DNA of 64,000 bases. Origin: Candidatus Bathyarchaeota archaeon. Its GTDB lineage: Archaea > Thermoproteota > Bathyarchaeia > 40CM-2-53-6. Both the position numbers and the translations under genes were made by a program. The first letter of the stretch is position 1; each line of letters begins with the position of its first letter. The notes beneath the pieces were generated by a model. That model ran no database searches, had not been told where the DNA came from, and saw nothing but the letters and a program-made list of their open reading frames with translations. The stretch lies in NCBI GenBank assembly GCA_963833125.1, contig CAWHWX010000019.1, positions 168,164 to 232,163 on the forward strand. The letters run 5' to 3'. This document shows positions 10,719 to 19,958 of the stretch, in pieces.

Positions 10719-12026
10719 CTTGCCCAAACCTCGGAGCGGTATATCGTCGCGTCGCGGGCTTCGCCTACCGATATTATTTTCACTGGCGATTTCGTGATCT
10801 CTTCAATTTTCTTGACGTAGTCTCGCGCCTGCGAGGGCAAGGAATCGTAGCCTTTCTTTGCTATAGCAGCCCACTCAGAATCAGATAGGTCCGGCCATCC
10901 TTTCATCTCCTCGTAGACAGGTTTGCAGTTCGAATACTCACGCAGGCTTGCCGGTTGATCTCGCACGATTCTTCCTTCCATCTTGTATTCTACACATATC
11001 TTGACGGGGTCGAATCCGCCGAGAGTATCCATCTTCGTGAGAGCTATCGCAGTGAGACCGTTTACTCTTGCAGCTAGTCTTAGCGCCACTGCGTCGATCC
11101 ATCCACACCTTCGTCTACGTCCCGTTACCGTTCCGAATTCCTTTCCTTTCTCTTGAAGTTTCGACCCTAAATCGTCAGTCAGCTCAGTTGGCACTGGTCC
11201 CGCTCCGACGCACGAAGTATATGCCTTGACTACTCCTAACGTATCGTTGATCTTAGTCGGTCCGATTCCTGCTCCCGTACAGACGCCTCCGGCCACCGTG
11301 TTTGACGATGTTCCAAACGGATACACTCCATGGTCAATATCCAGTAAGAGCCCTTGGGCACCTTCGAAGAGAATCCGTTTACCTTCGTCCAAGGCGTCGT
11401 TCAAAAGGACCGAAGTGTCAGTAATGTATTGTCGGAGATCACTGACCAAATCTTACACAACCTTCGAACAGTTCCCTTTCATTGATTTGGGCGTCTGACT
11501 CGTAGACTGATTTTAGCGTTCTTTGCTTGAGGATAGTGTTTTGAGAGATTTTCTGTTTCAGGAGTTCTGGATCTAGCAGATCGGCCGTCCTGATCCCGTA
11601 CCTCGCCACCTTGTCAGTATACGTGGGGCCGATCCCGCGTAAGGTTGTTCCCGACCGAAGGGCACCTTTGAACTTCTCTTCAGCCGCATCCAACATTTGA
11701 TGGTAACTAAGAGTAATGTGCGCTCGGTCGCTTAGGGCCAGGTCAGGCTTGTAACCCTTAGCCGTTAGATCCGAGATCTCCTTTAGCAACACGGACGGAT
11801 CCACGACCACCCCGTTGGCAATCACCAACTTCTTGCGATGTAACACGCCTGAGGGCAGAAGCCTTAGTTTGTAAATTTCCCCGCCAACATTGATGGTGTG
11901 GCCTGCGTTGCTACCGCCCTGGTAGCGGGCTACGTAATCTGCTTGGGAAGAGAGATAGTCTACGATCTTCCCTTTACCTTCATCTCCCCATTGGCAGCCG
12001 ACTACGATTAGGCTAGGCAATTCCAA
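10715..12026 (-). CDS. purA: Adenylosuccinate synthetase (long type), one apparent frameshift near 11445
   Basis: QWGDEGKGK, QGGSNAGHT, GTTLRGIGPTY, EGAQG, EFGTVTGRRRRCGW motifs. Confidence 0.96.
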
Positions 12027-12476
12027 TGCTCCTAGGAAAGCGAAAAGAGGTCCCTGTGAATTCGTTTAGGTCGGACGCAACCAAGAAGATCGGAGTTTGC
12101 GGTGCGCCCACTCAGTTTCCCCATCAATGCCGTCGAAAACTGAATTTAAACTTTAGCAGCGAAACAAATGTTTGGGAACAAAGGACGACGGCCGCATCGA
12201 ATATTGCGACGGGCGATGAAAAAAGAATCAGTCTGCCCGTCGAAAGCGTCATCGTGCCGGCTGAATGGCACTCCGTACTTAAAGGATTCATCATCCAAGT
12301 CTTTGAGGTTAACGAGGCTACCGATAATGCTTTCGGGCCAAAAACCTGCGATGCGCATCGCTCTTCCAGAAATTCGTTGGCCTTTCGGGAGAGTATCCCG
12401 AGCTTGGTCTGCGAGTAGGTGCATGTGTGATGTCCCCAACAATCCGTCAAACCTTACTTGAGCGGAGTGGGTGGCT

Positions 12477-12764
12477 TCACTTCAGTTCCTGCAGCCTGTC
12501 TTCCTCAATTTTGCGCAGGATCGCCAAACCCAGGGGGGTTAATGAGATAGCTTTACGATCTTCTATCTCTCTGACTTCGATGAACCCTTGTGCTTGTAGC
12601 AGTTGGACCGTTGAGGGTATGTTCTCAGAGGGTTCGATGGTCAATTCAGCTCTCAGCTGATCCTCGTATACCGCATTCGCACCGATGCCCTTGAGTTTCC
12701 ATATGGTTTGAAGTGTTGTCTCCTGGAGTTCTGAGAGGCCGTTGTCTTGGGGCATGGTTTTCAT
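12477..12764 (-). CDS. Small winged-helix protein
   Basis: LSELQETTLQTIW...VQLLQAQGFIEVRE...ISLTPLGLAIL pattern typical of wHTH folds. Confidence 0.7.
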   Translation of the reverse strand: MKTMPQDNGLSELQETTLQTIWKLKGIGANAVYEDQLRAELTIEPSENIPSTVQLLQAQGFIEVREIEDRKAISLTPLGLAILRKIEEDRLQELK

Positions 12765-12868
12765 CGATTTCTATCGGAGATATATCCATCTTCGATATGA
12801 AACTTCGGTGTGTGGAAAACGGAACATTAATATACCGTCCGCCGTGCCATAACATCGTTGAACTTTAC

Positions 12869-13546
12869 ATGGCAGTAGACGAAGCCAACGCTTTCATGGA
12901 AGTACTGTCCAAGAGCCCCCAATTCAAGGTACTCACAATACTTTCTCAACGCCCGCAAGAGGACCTTACGAAGACAGAGATCGCTCAAAAGGCTGGTATT
13001 GGTCGCACAACCCTATACAGGGTGTGGGACGATCTTGAGAGAATGAAAGCAATATCCCCTTCACGACACGTGGGCGCCGTTACTCTTTATCGGATGAACT
13101 CGCAAAGCCCAGTAGTGCAATCGTTCCTCAACATCACTAGAAGCCTTACTACTGTAACCGACGCAGTGGCTCGAATTGAGCAACTCCGCAAACTTCAGGA
13201 TTCTGCCAAGAGTGAATTCGGGGACGCGATACCCGCTGGTCCCAGCGTCTTAGTAAAACTTCTTCGTGCAAACGCGATTTCACCGGAAACCGGTAAGCCG
13301 AAATCAGATCTGCACCTTTCCTCATCTGAGGGTGAGGGCCTCAAGGGCCTCATGAGTGCGGGTTTAATTTTCGACAAGGCTGGAAGTTACTATCTTACTC
13401 AACTTGGAAACCAAACGGCTCAGGGAGCGGCGAAGATTTGGTCTTCTGAAAGTTCACAGTCAGTCGACCAAGCCATATCAACTGCACGTGTCGCATTGAA
13501 CCTGATCAACCAAGAGATCAGGAAGCTCAAGAGTCAAGCAAAATAA
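12869..13546 (+). CDS. Transcriptional regulator with two winged-helix-like domains
   Basis: N-terminal HTH LTKTEIAQKAGIGRTTLYRVWDDLE; second wHTH-like motif LMSAGLI...YYLTQLG. ATG at 12869 follows a TATA-like ATTAATATA. Confidence 0.75.
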   Translation: MAVDEANAFMEVLSKSPQFKVLTILSQRPQEDLTKTEIAQKAGIGRTTLYRVWDDLERMKAISPSRHVGAVTLYRMNSQSPVVQSFLNITRSLTTVTDAVARIEQLRKLQDSAKSEFGDAIPAGPSVLVKLLRANAISPETGKPKSDLHLSSSEGEGLKGLMSAGLIFDKAGSYYLTQLGNQTAQGAAKIWSSESSQSVDQAISTARVALNLINQEIRKLKSQAK

Positions 13547-13590
13547 CCTAACCTAATTTCTTGCCGATCATCTCCGATCTCGTATCGGAG

Positions 13591-13600
13591 AAACTTTAAG
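13591..13600 (+). promoter_or_regulatory. BRE/TATA-like promoter of pyrG (probably leaderless transcript)
   Basis: AAACTTTAAG about 25 bp upstream of ATG 13625; preceded by the inverted repeat CTCCGAT-N5-ATCGGAG (13572-13590). Confidence 0.55.
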
Positions 13601-13624
13601 TTGTGCGCTCACTTCGAGTGAGTT

Positions 13625-15280
13625 ATGCCGATAGATACGAGGTATTTGTTCATCACCGGCGGTGTAATGTCCGGTATAGGTAAGGGAATTACCACCGCAT
13701 CAATCGCAAAGATTCTTCAAACTCGGGGCTTCAAAATCTCAGCGATGAAAATAGACCCCTACCTCAACGTTGACGCAGGAACAATGAACCCGGTCGCCCA
13801 CGGTGAAGTGTTCGTTACTGATGACGGTGGGGAGATTGATATGGACCTTGGAACCTACGAACGATTCTTGGACATTAATCTCTCCCGAAGTCACAATACG
13901 ACAACTGGTCAAATCTACACTTCCGTCATCAACAAAGAACGGCGTGGTGACTTTCTCGGTCAATGTGTACAAATAATTCCGCACATCACCGATGAAATCA
14001 AATCCGTCGTGAGGGGCATCGCAGCAAAAACCCAACCTGACGTGCTTCTCGTAGAAATAGGTGGGACAGTTGGCGACATTGAGAGCCTTCCTTACCTTGA
14101 GGCTGCTCGTGAACTAAAGCTTGAGGAAGGTCAAAGGAATGTCTTGTTTGTTCATGTCACTTTAGTCCCGGCGTTAGATGTGGTTGGTGAACAGAAAACG
14201 AAACCGACTCAGCACAGTGTTCAGGAGCTGCGAAGGATCGGTATCCAACCTGACCTAATCGTCGCGAGAACTAATGGACCACTAATGACGGGACCTCGCA
14301 AGAAGATAGCTTTGTTCTGTAACGTCGAGGAGCGTGGTGTATTTTCTTCAGCCGACCTGCCCACAATTTACCAGGGGCCGGTCGAACTTGATTCGCAGGG
14401 AATGGGAAATTTCCTGATCGAACGATTTTCTTTGGATAAGCATGAGGTTGACTGGGGTCCATGGAATAGGGTAGTGGCTTCGATAGCCAATCCGCACGAG
14501 GTTGTTCGAATTGCGCTCTGCGGCAAATACGCTGAACTTGCTGACTCCTACGTTAGCGTTAACGAGGCATTGAAGCATGCGGGTGGAGCGTGCGACGCAC
14601 GAGTTGAGATAGACTGGATTGAGACAGAGGTCTTCGAGAATGAACCATCTAACTGTTCTATTTTGTCCCGTTTCGATGGAATTCTTGTCCCGGGAGGGTT
14701 CGGTTCGAGGGGTACAGAAGGGAAGATCGCTGCGTTGGCCTATGCGTGCGAGAAGAATATTCCTACTCTCGGAATATGTTTCGGATTCCAGATGGCTGTT
14801 CTTGAATTCTGTCGCCACTTAGGGATGAAGAATGCAAACAGCACCGAAATAGACCCCAAGACTCCCTATCCTGCAATTGATCTGATGCCCGAGCAAATTG
14901 GTGTCGAAACGAAGGGTGCGACGATGAGGCTTGGTGCCCACGAAATACGCGTCATGCCCAACACCCTAGCCAGCTATCTATACGGGAGAGAGATAATTTC
15001 TGAACGCCATAGACACAGGTACGAAGTGAACCCAGAATACATATCCAAAATCGAGAAAGCCGGAGGTGTCTTTTCAGCCCGAAGCATGGACGGGAGAAGA
15101 ATGGAAATTTTCGAGTTGCCGGACAAATACTTCTACATGGGTACGCAGTTCCATGCGGAATTCAAATCAAGACCAGTCAGGCCGTCGCCACCTTACTATG
15201 GGTTGATCAAAGCATCGCTTGACAAGAAACTCGGAAAATCGGCGCCAGAATTGACACCCCTTATTCGAGAGACTGCATAG
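13625..15280 (+). CDS. pyrG: CTP synthase
   Basis: TGGVMSGIGKG, KIDPYLNVDAGTM, KTKPTQHSV, GICFG, ERHRHRYE motifs. Confidence 0.98.
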   Translation: MPIDTRYLFITGGVMSGIGKGITTASIAKILQTRGFKISAMKIDPYLNVDAGTMNPVAHGEVFVTDDGGEIDMDLGTYERFLDINLSRSHNTTTGQIYTSVINKERRGDFLGQCVQIIPHITDEIKSVVRGIAAKTQPDVLLVEIGGTVGDIESLPYLEAARELKLEEGQRNVLFVHVTLVPALDVVGEQKTKPTQHSVQELRRIGIQPDLIVARTNGPLMTGPRKKIALFCNVEERGVFSSADLPTIYQGPVELDSQGMGNFLIERFSLDKHEVDWGPWNRVVASIANPHEVVRIALCGKYAELADSYVSVNEALKHAGGACDARVEIDWIETEVFENEPSNCSILSRFDGILVPGGFGSRGTEGKIAALAYACEKNIPTLGICFGFQMAVLEFCRHLGMKNANSTEIDPKTPYPAIDLMPEQIGVETKGATMRLGAHEIRVMPNTLASYLYGREIISERHRHRYEVNPEYISKIEKAGGVFSARSMDGRRMEIFELPDKYFYMGTQFHAEFKSRPVRPSPPYYGLIKASLDKKLGKSAPELTPLIRETA

Positions 15281-15301
15281 TCGAAATACCGAAAACGTAG
15301 T

Positions 15302-16153
15302 TCAACCCTTATCCAGAAACCCAAAAGCGACTACAGCTTTCGGATCGCCTATCCTTGAGAGCCTCCGGTAGCACAGCATATGCCCTTTCTCAATCGTTCG
15401 AAAATGGTGCTTCGATAACATGGTCAAGATTCTGCGATTCCTTAACGGGCAGGTGATCTCAACGGGCCTGCTTTCCATCTTGTCTAGACCGAGACGAAGC
15501 ATCGATTCCAGCTCTGCTCGGCCGAGACCGAATGATATCCATGGTCCGAGTTCGTACATATCGGCGTACTTCTTGGCGAATAAGTAGGACCGTTTTGACC
15601 TAGTTGCGCAGCCGAGATACCATGCAGACCCTGAATCTAGCATATCGACGAAGAGTCGTGTCCTATCGGCTCCAAAAGCCTTCTTATCCATCGCCAGCAA
15701 GGCACTTACAGGCATTTTTCCGTGTTCGCTCGACTTAGGTACACTCCTTGGTGTGGGTCGTCCTTCTCGTCGAAACCTCGCGAATCGCGGCCCAACGACA
15801 AATCCGAGCTTACGGTAGAAGTCGATGGTTTCATCGAAAGAATACAGGACTACGCGGGCGACTCGTTCTTTCTCTAGGTAGCCTATTGCATGTTTGACGA
15901 GAGCCTGGCCGATGTGTTTTCCTCTCCATGATTTATCGACAACGACGTTGCCGATCCACGCGATTTGCTTTCCGTAGCTTGCAGTCGTTGCAAGGCCGAC
16001 CCTTCGCGCGTTTTCCATCGCGATGAAACTGCCTCGCGGATTGAGGCGTAAAATCCTCTCGAAATCCCGGGCCGGAATCCCCCACTCTTCTTGATCCGCG
16101 AGCCGCACCGCGAAGCTGATGTCGTCACGGCGCATCTTTCTGATTCGTAGCAA
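15302..16153 (-). CDS. GNAT family N-acetyltransferase (tandem GNAT type)
   Basis: WIGNVVVDKSWRGKHIGQAL acetyl-CoA motif A, FYRKLGF, AFGADR. Confidence 0.85.
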   Translation of the reverse strand: MLRIRKMRRDDISFAVRLADQEEWGIPARDFERILRLNPRGSFIAMENARRVGLATTASYGKQIAWIGNVVVDKSWRGKHIGQALVKHAIGYLEKERVARVVLYSFDETIDFYRKLGFVVGPRFARFRREGRPTPRSVPKSSEHGKMPVSALLAMDKKAFGADRTRLFVDMLDSGSAWYLGCATRSKRSYLFAKKYADMYELGPWISFGLGRAELESMLRLGLDKMESRPVEITCPLRNRRILTMLSKHHFRTIEKGHMLCYRRLSRIGDPKAVVAFGFLDKG

Positions 16154-16177
16154 TGCGGGAGCAGCTTCAAGGTTAGG

Positions 16178-17488
16178 TTAAGGGTATATGCGATTGATTA
16201 GGCGTGGGAATGCTATCGCGTCACGGATGTGTTCAAGGCCGCAGACCCATGCTACGGTTCTCTCGACTCCCATTCCAAACCCTGCATGTGGAACCGTCCC
16301 ATAACGGCGGAGCTCCGTGTACCACTTGTAATCGTCGGGTTTCAATTCCTCCTCCTTTATCCTAGCGAGGAGTTGTTCGAGGACGTGAATGCGTTGCCCG
16401 CCTCCAGTAATCTCACCGTACCCTTCTGGGGCTAGTAGGTCTACTGAGAGGGTGACCTTCGGGTTTTGCGGGTCAGGCATATGGTAGAATGCTTTAATTT
16501 CCTTCGGAAAGCGGCTGACAAAAAACGGCAACTCAAAGCCTTGGGTGAGAACTTTCTCTTCCTCGTAGCCGAGGTCCTTTCCCCACTTGAACGTGGGCAT
16601 CGATTCTCGGATCTTCTCTACTGCTTGGTCGTATGTGATTCTTGGGAAGGGCGGTTGAACTTTCACGAGTTTGCTTGCGTCGCGGCCAAGTAACTTCAAT
16701 TCCTCCGGCATCTTCTGCGCGATCTGCTGGCACATGTGGGTAACCAGCTCCTCCTCGAGTTGCATTAACCCATCAAGGTCCAGCCAAGGCGCTTCAACTT
16801 CAAGGTGCCAGTACTCCGTAAGGTGTCTCCTCGTACGGGACTTTTCGGCTCTGAACGACGGTGCTACAGTGAAAATCTTGCCGACGCTTGCAATCATCGC
16901 TTCTGCGTAGAGCTGCCAGCTTTGGGAGAGGTACGCTTTCTGTTTGAAGTACTTGACTGGGAAGAGGGTCGAGCCTCCCTCCACCGCCGCGTTTACGAGT
17001 ATCGGGACTTGAACCTCAAGGTAACCGTGATCCATTAACCACCTCCGTGCTTCCTCTATCAAACGGCTTCTCAATCGGATGGTAGCTTGCATTTTCTCGT
17101 TACGAATCCACAAGTGTCGGTAATCCAGCAGAAAATCTGGCCCGTGGTACTTCCTTGCAATAGGGTATCCATCCTGCGCAGGGAAAAGTACACTTACTTT
17201 CTCTCCTCGAATTTCGTATCCTCGTGGGGCCCGGGGGTCCTTCTTCACTTCACCTGAAACTTCGATGGTGCTCTCTATTGGAGTCGTGCTGAGTTTGTCG
17301 AAGGTCTCCGGATCAATCTTGTCTTTTTTCAGTGTACATTGGATGACGCCTGAGCCGTCGCGTAGTTGTAGGAAGAGTATTCCTCCGCTGCTGCGTATGT
17401 GGTGCAGCCATCCTCTCAGCGCAACACGGGTTCCATCGAACCTACCGTCCAATATTTCTGCTATAGTTTGAACAGTATCCATCAACAA
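16178..17488 (-). CDS. asnS: Asparagine--tRNA ligase
   Basis: OB-fold (RGWLHHIRSSGGILFLQLRDGSG), LLDYRHLWIR, AYLSQSWQLYAE, FRAEKSRTRRHLTEYW, YGTVPHAGFGMG. Confidence 0.93.
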   Translation of the reverse strand: MLMDTVQTIAEILDGRFDGTRVALRGWLHHIRSSGGILFLQLRDGSGVIQCTLKKDKIDPETFDKLSTTPIESTIEVSGEVKKDPRAPRGYEIRGEKVSVLFPAQDGYPIARKYHGPDFLLDYRHLWIRNEKMQATIRLRSRLIEEARRWLMDHGYLEVQVPILVNAAVEGGSTLFPVKYFKQKAYLSQSWQLYAEAMIASVGKIFTVAPSFRAEKSRTRRHLTEYWHLEVEAPWLDLDGLMQLEEELVTHMCQQIAQKMPEELKLLGRDASKLVKVQPPFPRITYDQAVEKIRESMPTFKWGKDLGYEEEKVLTQGFELPFFVSRFPKEIKAFYHMPDPQNPKVTLSVDLLAPEGYGEITGGGQRIHVLEQLLARIKEEELKPDDYKWYTELRRYGTVPHAGFGMGVERTVAWVCGLEHIRDAIAFPRLINRIYP

Positions 17489-17659
17489 TGAACCTCGGAA
17501 AATATTTGGTGCCTGAAATGTGCGAGTCGTCGGTTAAACCGGTTCGGTTCGGGGGTTAAAACAGTCACTCATGGGTCGGGCACCTTGAGGGGAGCAACAG
17601 CGAATCCGTATTTAAGGTAACTTCAGGAAATCGACAACCGAGGAAGCAGCAGACATTGT

Positions 17660-18015
17660 CTACTTGATTCCGATGCCGAATGCTGCGCTCACGCCCTTCA
17701 AAACGAATGCAACTCCGATAGCTACAATCAGTATGTTCATGACGGTGTTGAGAATCATTAGGGTGGATGGGCTCAACACACGGGCCAACTTGTTACTTGA
17801 CCTCAGAATGAGCCAAGCCAAAAGAACATTAACAACAATTGCCGCGATAGTCGTCAATACGCCGCAATTACAATGGCTCGATTCGCAATCATATTCTTCT
17901 GACGCCCAGTTGCATTCGCCGTAAGCCCCTGAAAGAACGGAATCACACCAATCGGATTAAGAACTACGAAGAGGGTGAGAATGTCTGAGCCCATGTATTC
18001 CAGAAACATGTTCAT
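17660..18015 (-). pseudogene. MarC family membrane protein with central part missing
   Basis: From ATG 18015: MNMFLEYMGSDILTLFVVLNPIGVIPFFQGLT... (MarC N-terminus) stops near 17855. The MarC C-terminus (..LARVLSPSTLMILNTVMNILIVAIGVAFVLKG) follows directly in another frame; the conserved PLA.PL..GPG middle is absent. Confidence 0.7.
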
Positions 18016-18095
18016 AGTTCCATCATCTCTGATGCTCGATCACACTTCAGCCTTTATGTAAATGATGAGTTTGTCTATTCAGAGGGATCTAAGCC

Positions 18096-19958
18096 ATGTC
18101 CTCGATAATGAGCATGAACGTCAAGAGACTGGGACAGATTCTGAAGGAAGGTGCCGAAGGTCAGGTTGGTGAAAGCGGATTGCGCCTCGAAGGCGCAAGC
18201 CGCACGTATTGGCCTCTGGTTAGTAAGTTGCTAATTTCAGACTTCAGGTATGACCGATCATATGTAACGGCCCAAGACATGTTCAAGAAACCCTCGGCAA
18301 GGTTTGCGGCAATAGATGGGTCGATGGACCAGGATCTACTCGGTGGGCTCGCAGTGTTCTGGGCGGGGGCATATGCCGCAACGGGATCAATCACCTACAT
18401 GAAGAACGAACGCCCTGCTGTAACTTACGATACCCATTTTATTGAGAAAGGGCATGGCCTTGCGAGCTGTATCCCAATCTACGTTGATTCGATTCCAGAA
18501 GTCGAACCCCAAAGCACCTTCAACGCATCTGAGAATCAGGCGATCTCAGGTCCTCTAACTGATCAATCTACGGTAGACAACTCAACCATAGCCAATTGGA
18601 TTATGCTGTTCTCGGAGCTTTACTTGGCGTATACTATTGCAAAAACCAAAGAGTTCCAAATTATCCTGCTTGACCGCTCACTCTCTGGCACTCAGTCCAG
18701 CCTACTACATGACACCTCCAAGAGAGCCCTCTGGAAACGTGAATGCGCTACCCTACGAATTACCAGCGACGGCCTGAGGCTTGATGAGCAAGACCTAGCA
18801 TTCAGCAGATACCGCACCCGAGACAGCGGAGGTTTGCTTCCGCCACGAGGCGACTACCTCCGTCACTCGGCCATGTTTCTAATGGAACAACTCCAAACGG
18901 ATCTCACCGTAGACGAAGTTGCCACCCGATTGAACATTAAGTCCGACCCTCTGAGAGTCGAAAAATTGGACAGGTACTTAACGAGAGCTGCTAAAGAGGG
19001 CAAGTATTTTCTCAAATCCAATGGCAAGTTTTCCTTGATGCCTAACTTATTGACGGCGTGGGATCGAACTCAGAAAATGGTCGAGTACGTTGGTCAACGC
19101 TTTTTCGCGAGCAACCTTGGGAACCCGCTTCAGATTACAGACGGTGGAGAATCAAGATGGTTAACCACCCTTGACCTGGCTTTCCTCTGTTTGTTTACGT
19201 TGAACATGCTTGTTGAGACTTGCCGACTCAACAAAGTTCTGCTCATCGGAATCACTAAGGACACAACTGCAAGGGATATGATTACGCATCTCATTCCGTT
19301 ATGTGTCGAACGTCACATTTGGGCTGGGAATTCGGAGCACGTGGCGACCACGGATCGCATGTTATTGCAAGCTTTGAGCATGTTCCATCATGACCAAGTC
19401 CAAGTTCCTTGGGCCACCATTGAGTATGACACATCATTTCAGACAATTGTTGGACGATTCAACGATGTGAAAGGAGACGTTTCGGGCGCCGTAAAGAATC
19501 GGATAATCCAAGAACAGCTCTTCGTCAAATCATATATTCAATTGGATAAGGCTAAGTCTGATGATCAGTTCAGAAGCAATGTATTGTTCATTGATCGGCT
19601 ATACCTACCGTCAGAGAACGCGCCAACTCTCATGCTCAAACATGAGTATGGGGGAGCCGTTGAAGAGGTAAAACCGGTTCTATGGCAAGGAGCGAGCTCC
19701 AAGAATCCAATTCAAGAGCTGATGATGGTTACGCTGAAAGCTATGACTCATGACAGTATTCCAGAAATATTCGGCCACAATGAGCCCCTTTACATCGCAG
19801 ATAAGATAGCTAAGGCCCAGCGAACTAACGCGTCTCAAATGATTAGGGGAATGGGACATTGGCTCATCTCGCACCCAAAACTGAGAAAATACTCATTCTA
19901 CATGAACACCTTCCGGTCACGAAGGAGCGAAATAGAAAATGCTAGAACCCGAACTTAA
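18096..19958 (+). CDS. Large NurA-family nuclease (620 aa) with inserted winged-helix-like segment
   Basis: NurA motifs FAAIDGS, ILLDRSL, LIGITKD, FGHNEPLYIADKIAK; overlaps the start of a HerA-like gene. Confidence 0.8.
   Translation: MSSIMSMNVKRLGQILKEGAEGQVGESGLRLEGASRTYWPLVSKLLISDFRYDRSYVTAQDMFKKPSARFAAIDGSMDQDLLGGLAVFWAGAYAATGSITYMKNERPAVTYDTHFIEKGHGLASCIPIYVDSIPEVEPQSTFNASENQAISGPLTDQSTVDNSTIANWIMLFSELYLAYTIAKTKEFQIILLDRSLSGTQSSLLHDTSKRALWKRECATLRITSDGLRLDEQDLAFSRYRTRDSGGLLPPRGDYLRHSAMFLMEQLQTDLTVDEVATRLNIKSDPLRVEKLDRYLTRAAKEGKYFLKSNGKFSLMPNLLTAWDRTQKMVEYVGQRFFASNLGNPLQITDGGESRWLTTLDLAFLCLFTLNMLVETCRLNKVLLIGITKDTTARDMITHLIPLCVERHIWAGNSEHVATTDRMLLQALSMFHHDQVQVPWATIEYDTSFQTIVGRFNDVKGDVSGAVKNRIIQEQLFVKSYIQLDKAKSDDQFRSNVLFIDRLYLPSENAPTLMLKHEYGGAVEEVKPVLWQGASSKNPIQELMMVTLKAMTHDSIPEIFGHNEPLYIADKIAKAQRTNASQMIRGMGHWLISHPKLRKYSFYMNTFRSRRSEIENARTRT

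Noticed and set aside
12124-12461. Several overlapping 97-130 aa ORFs between purA and the wHTH gene
   Set aside because: No recognisable motif in any frame; I cannot choose a real gene.
17520-17615. GGGAGCAACAG resembling SRP RNA helix 8; also a 12-codon uORF (MSDCFNPRTEPV) upstream of asnS
   Set aside because: The CAGG/GNRA part of helix 8 is missing and the gap is too short for 7S RNA; the uORF has only one Asn codon, so attenuation is unsupported.
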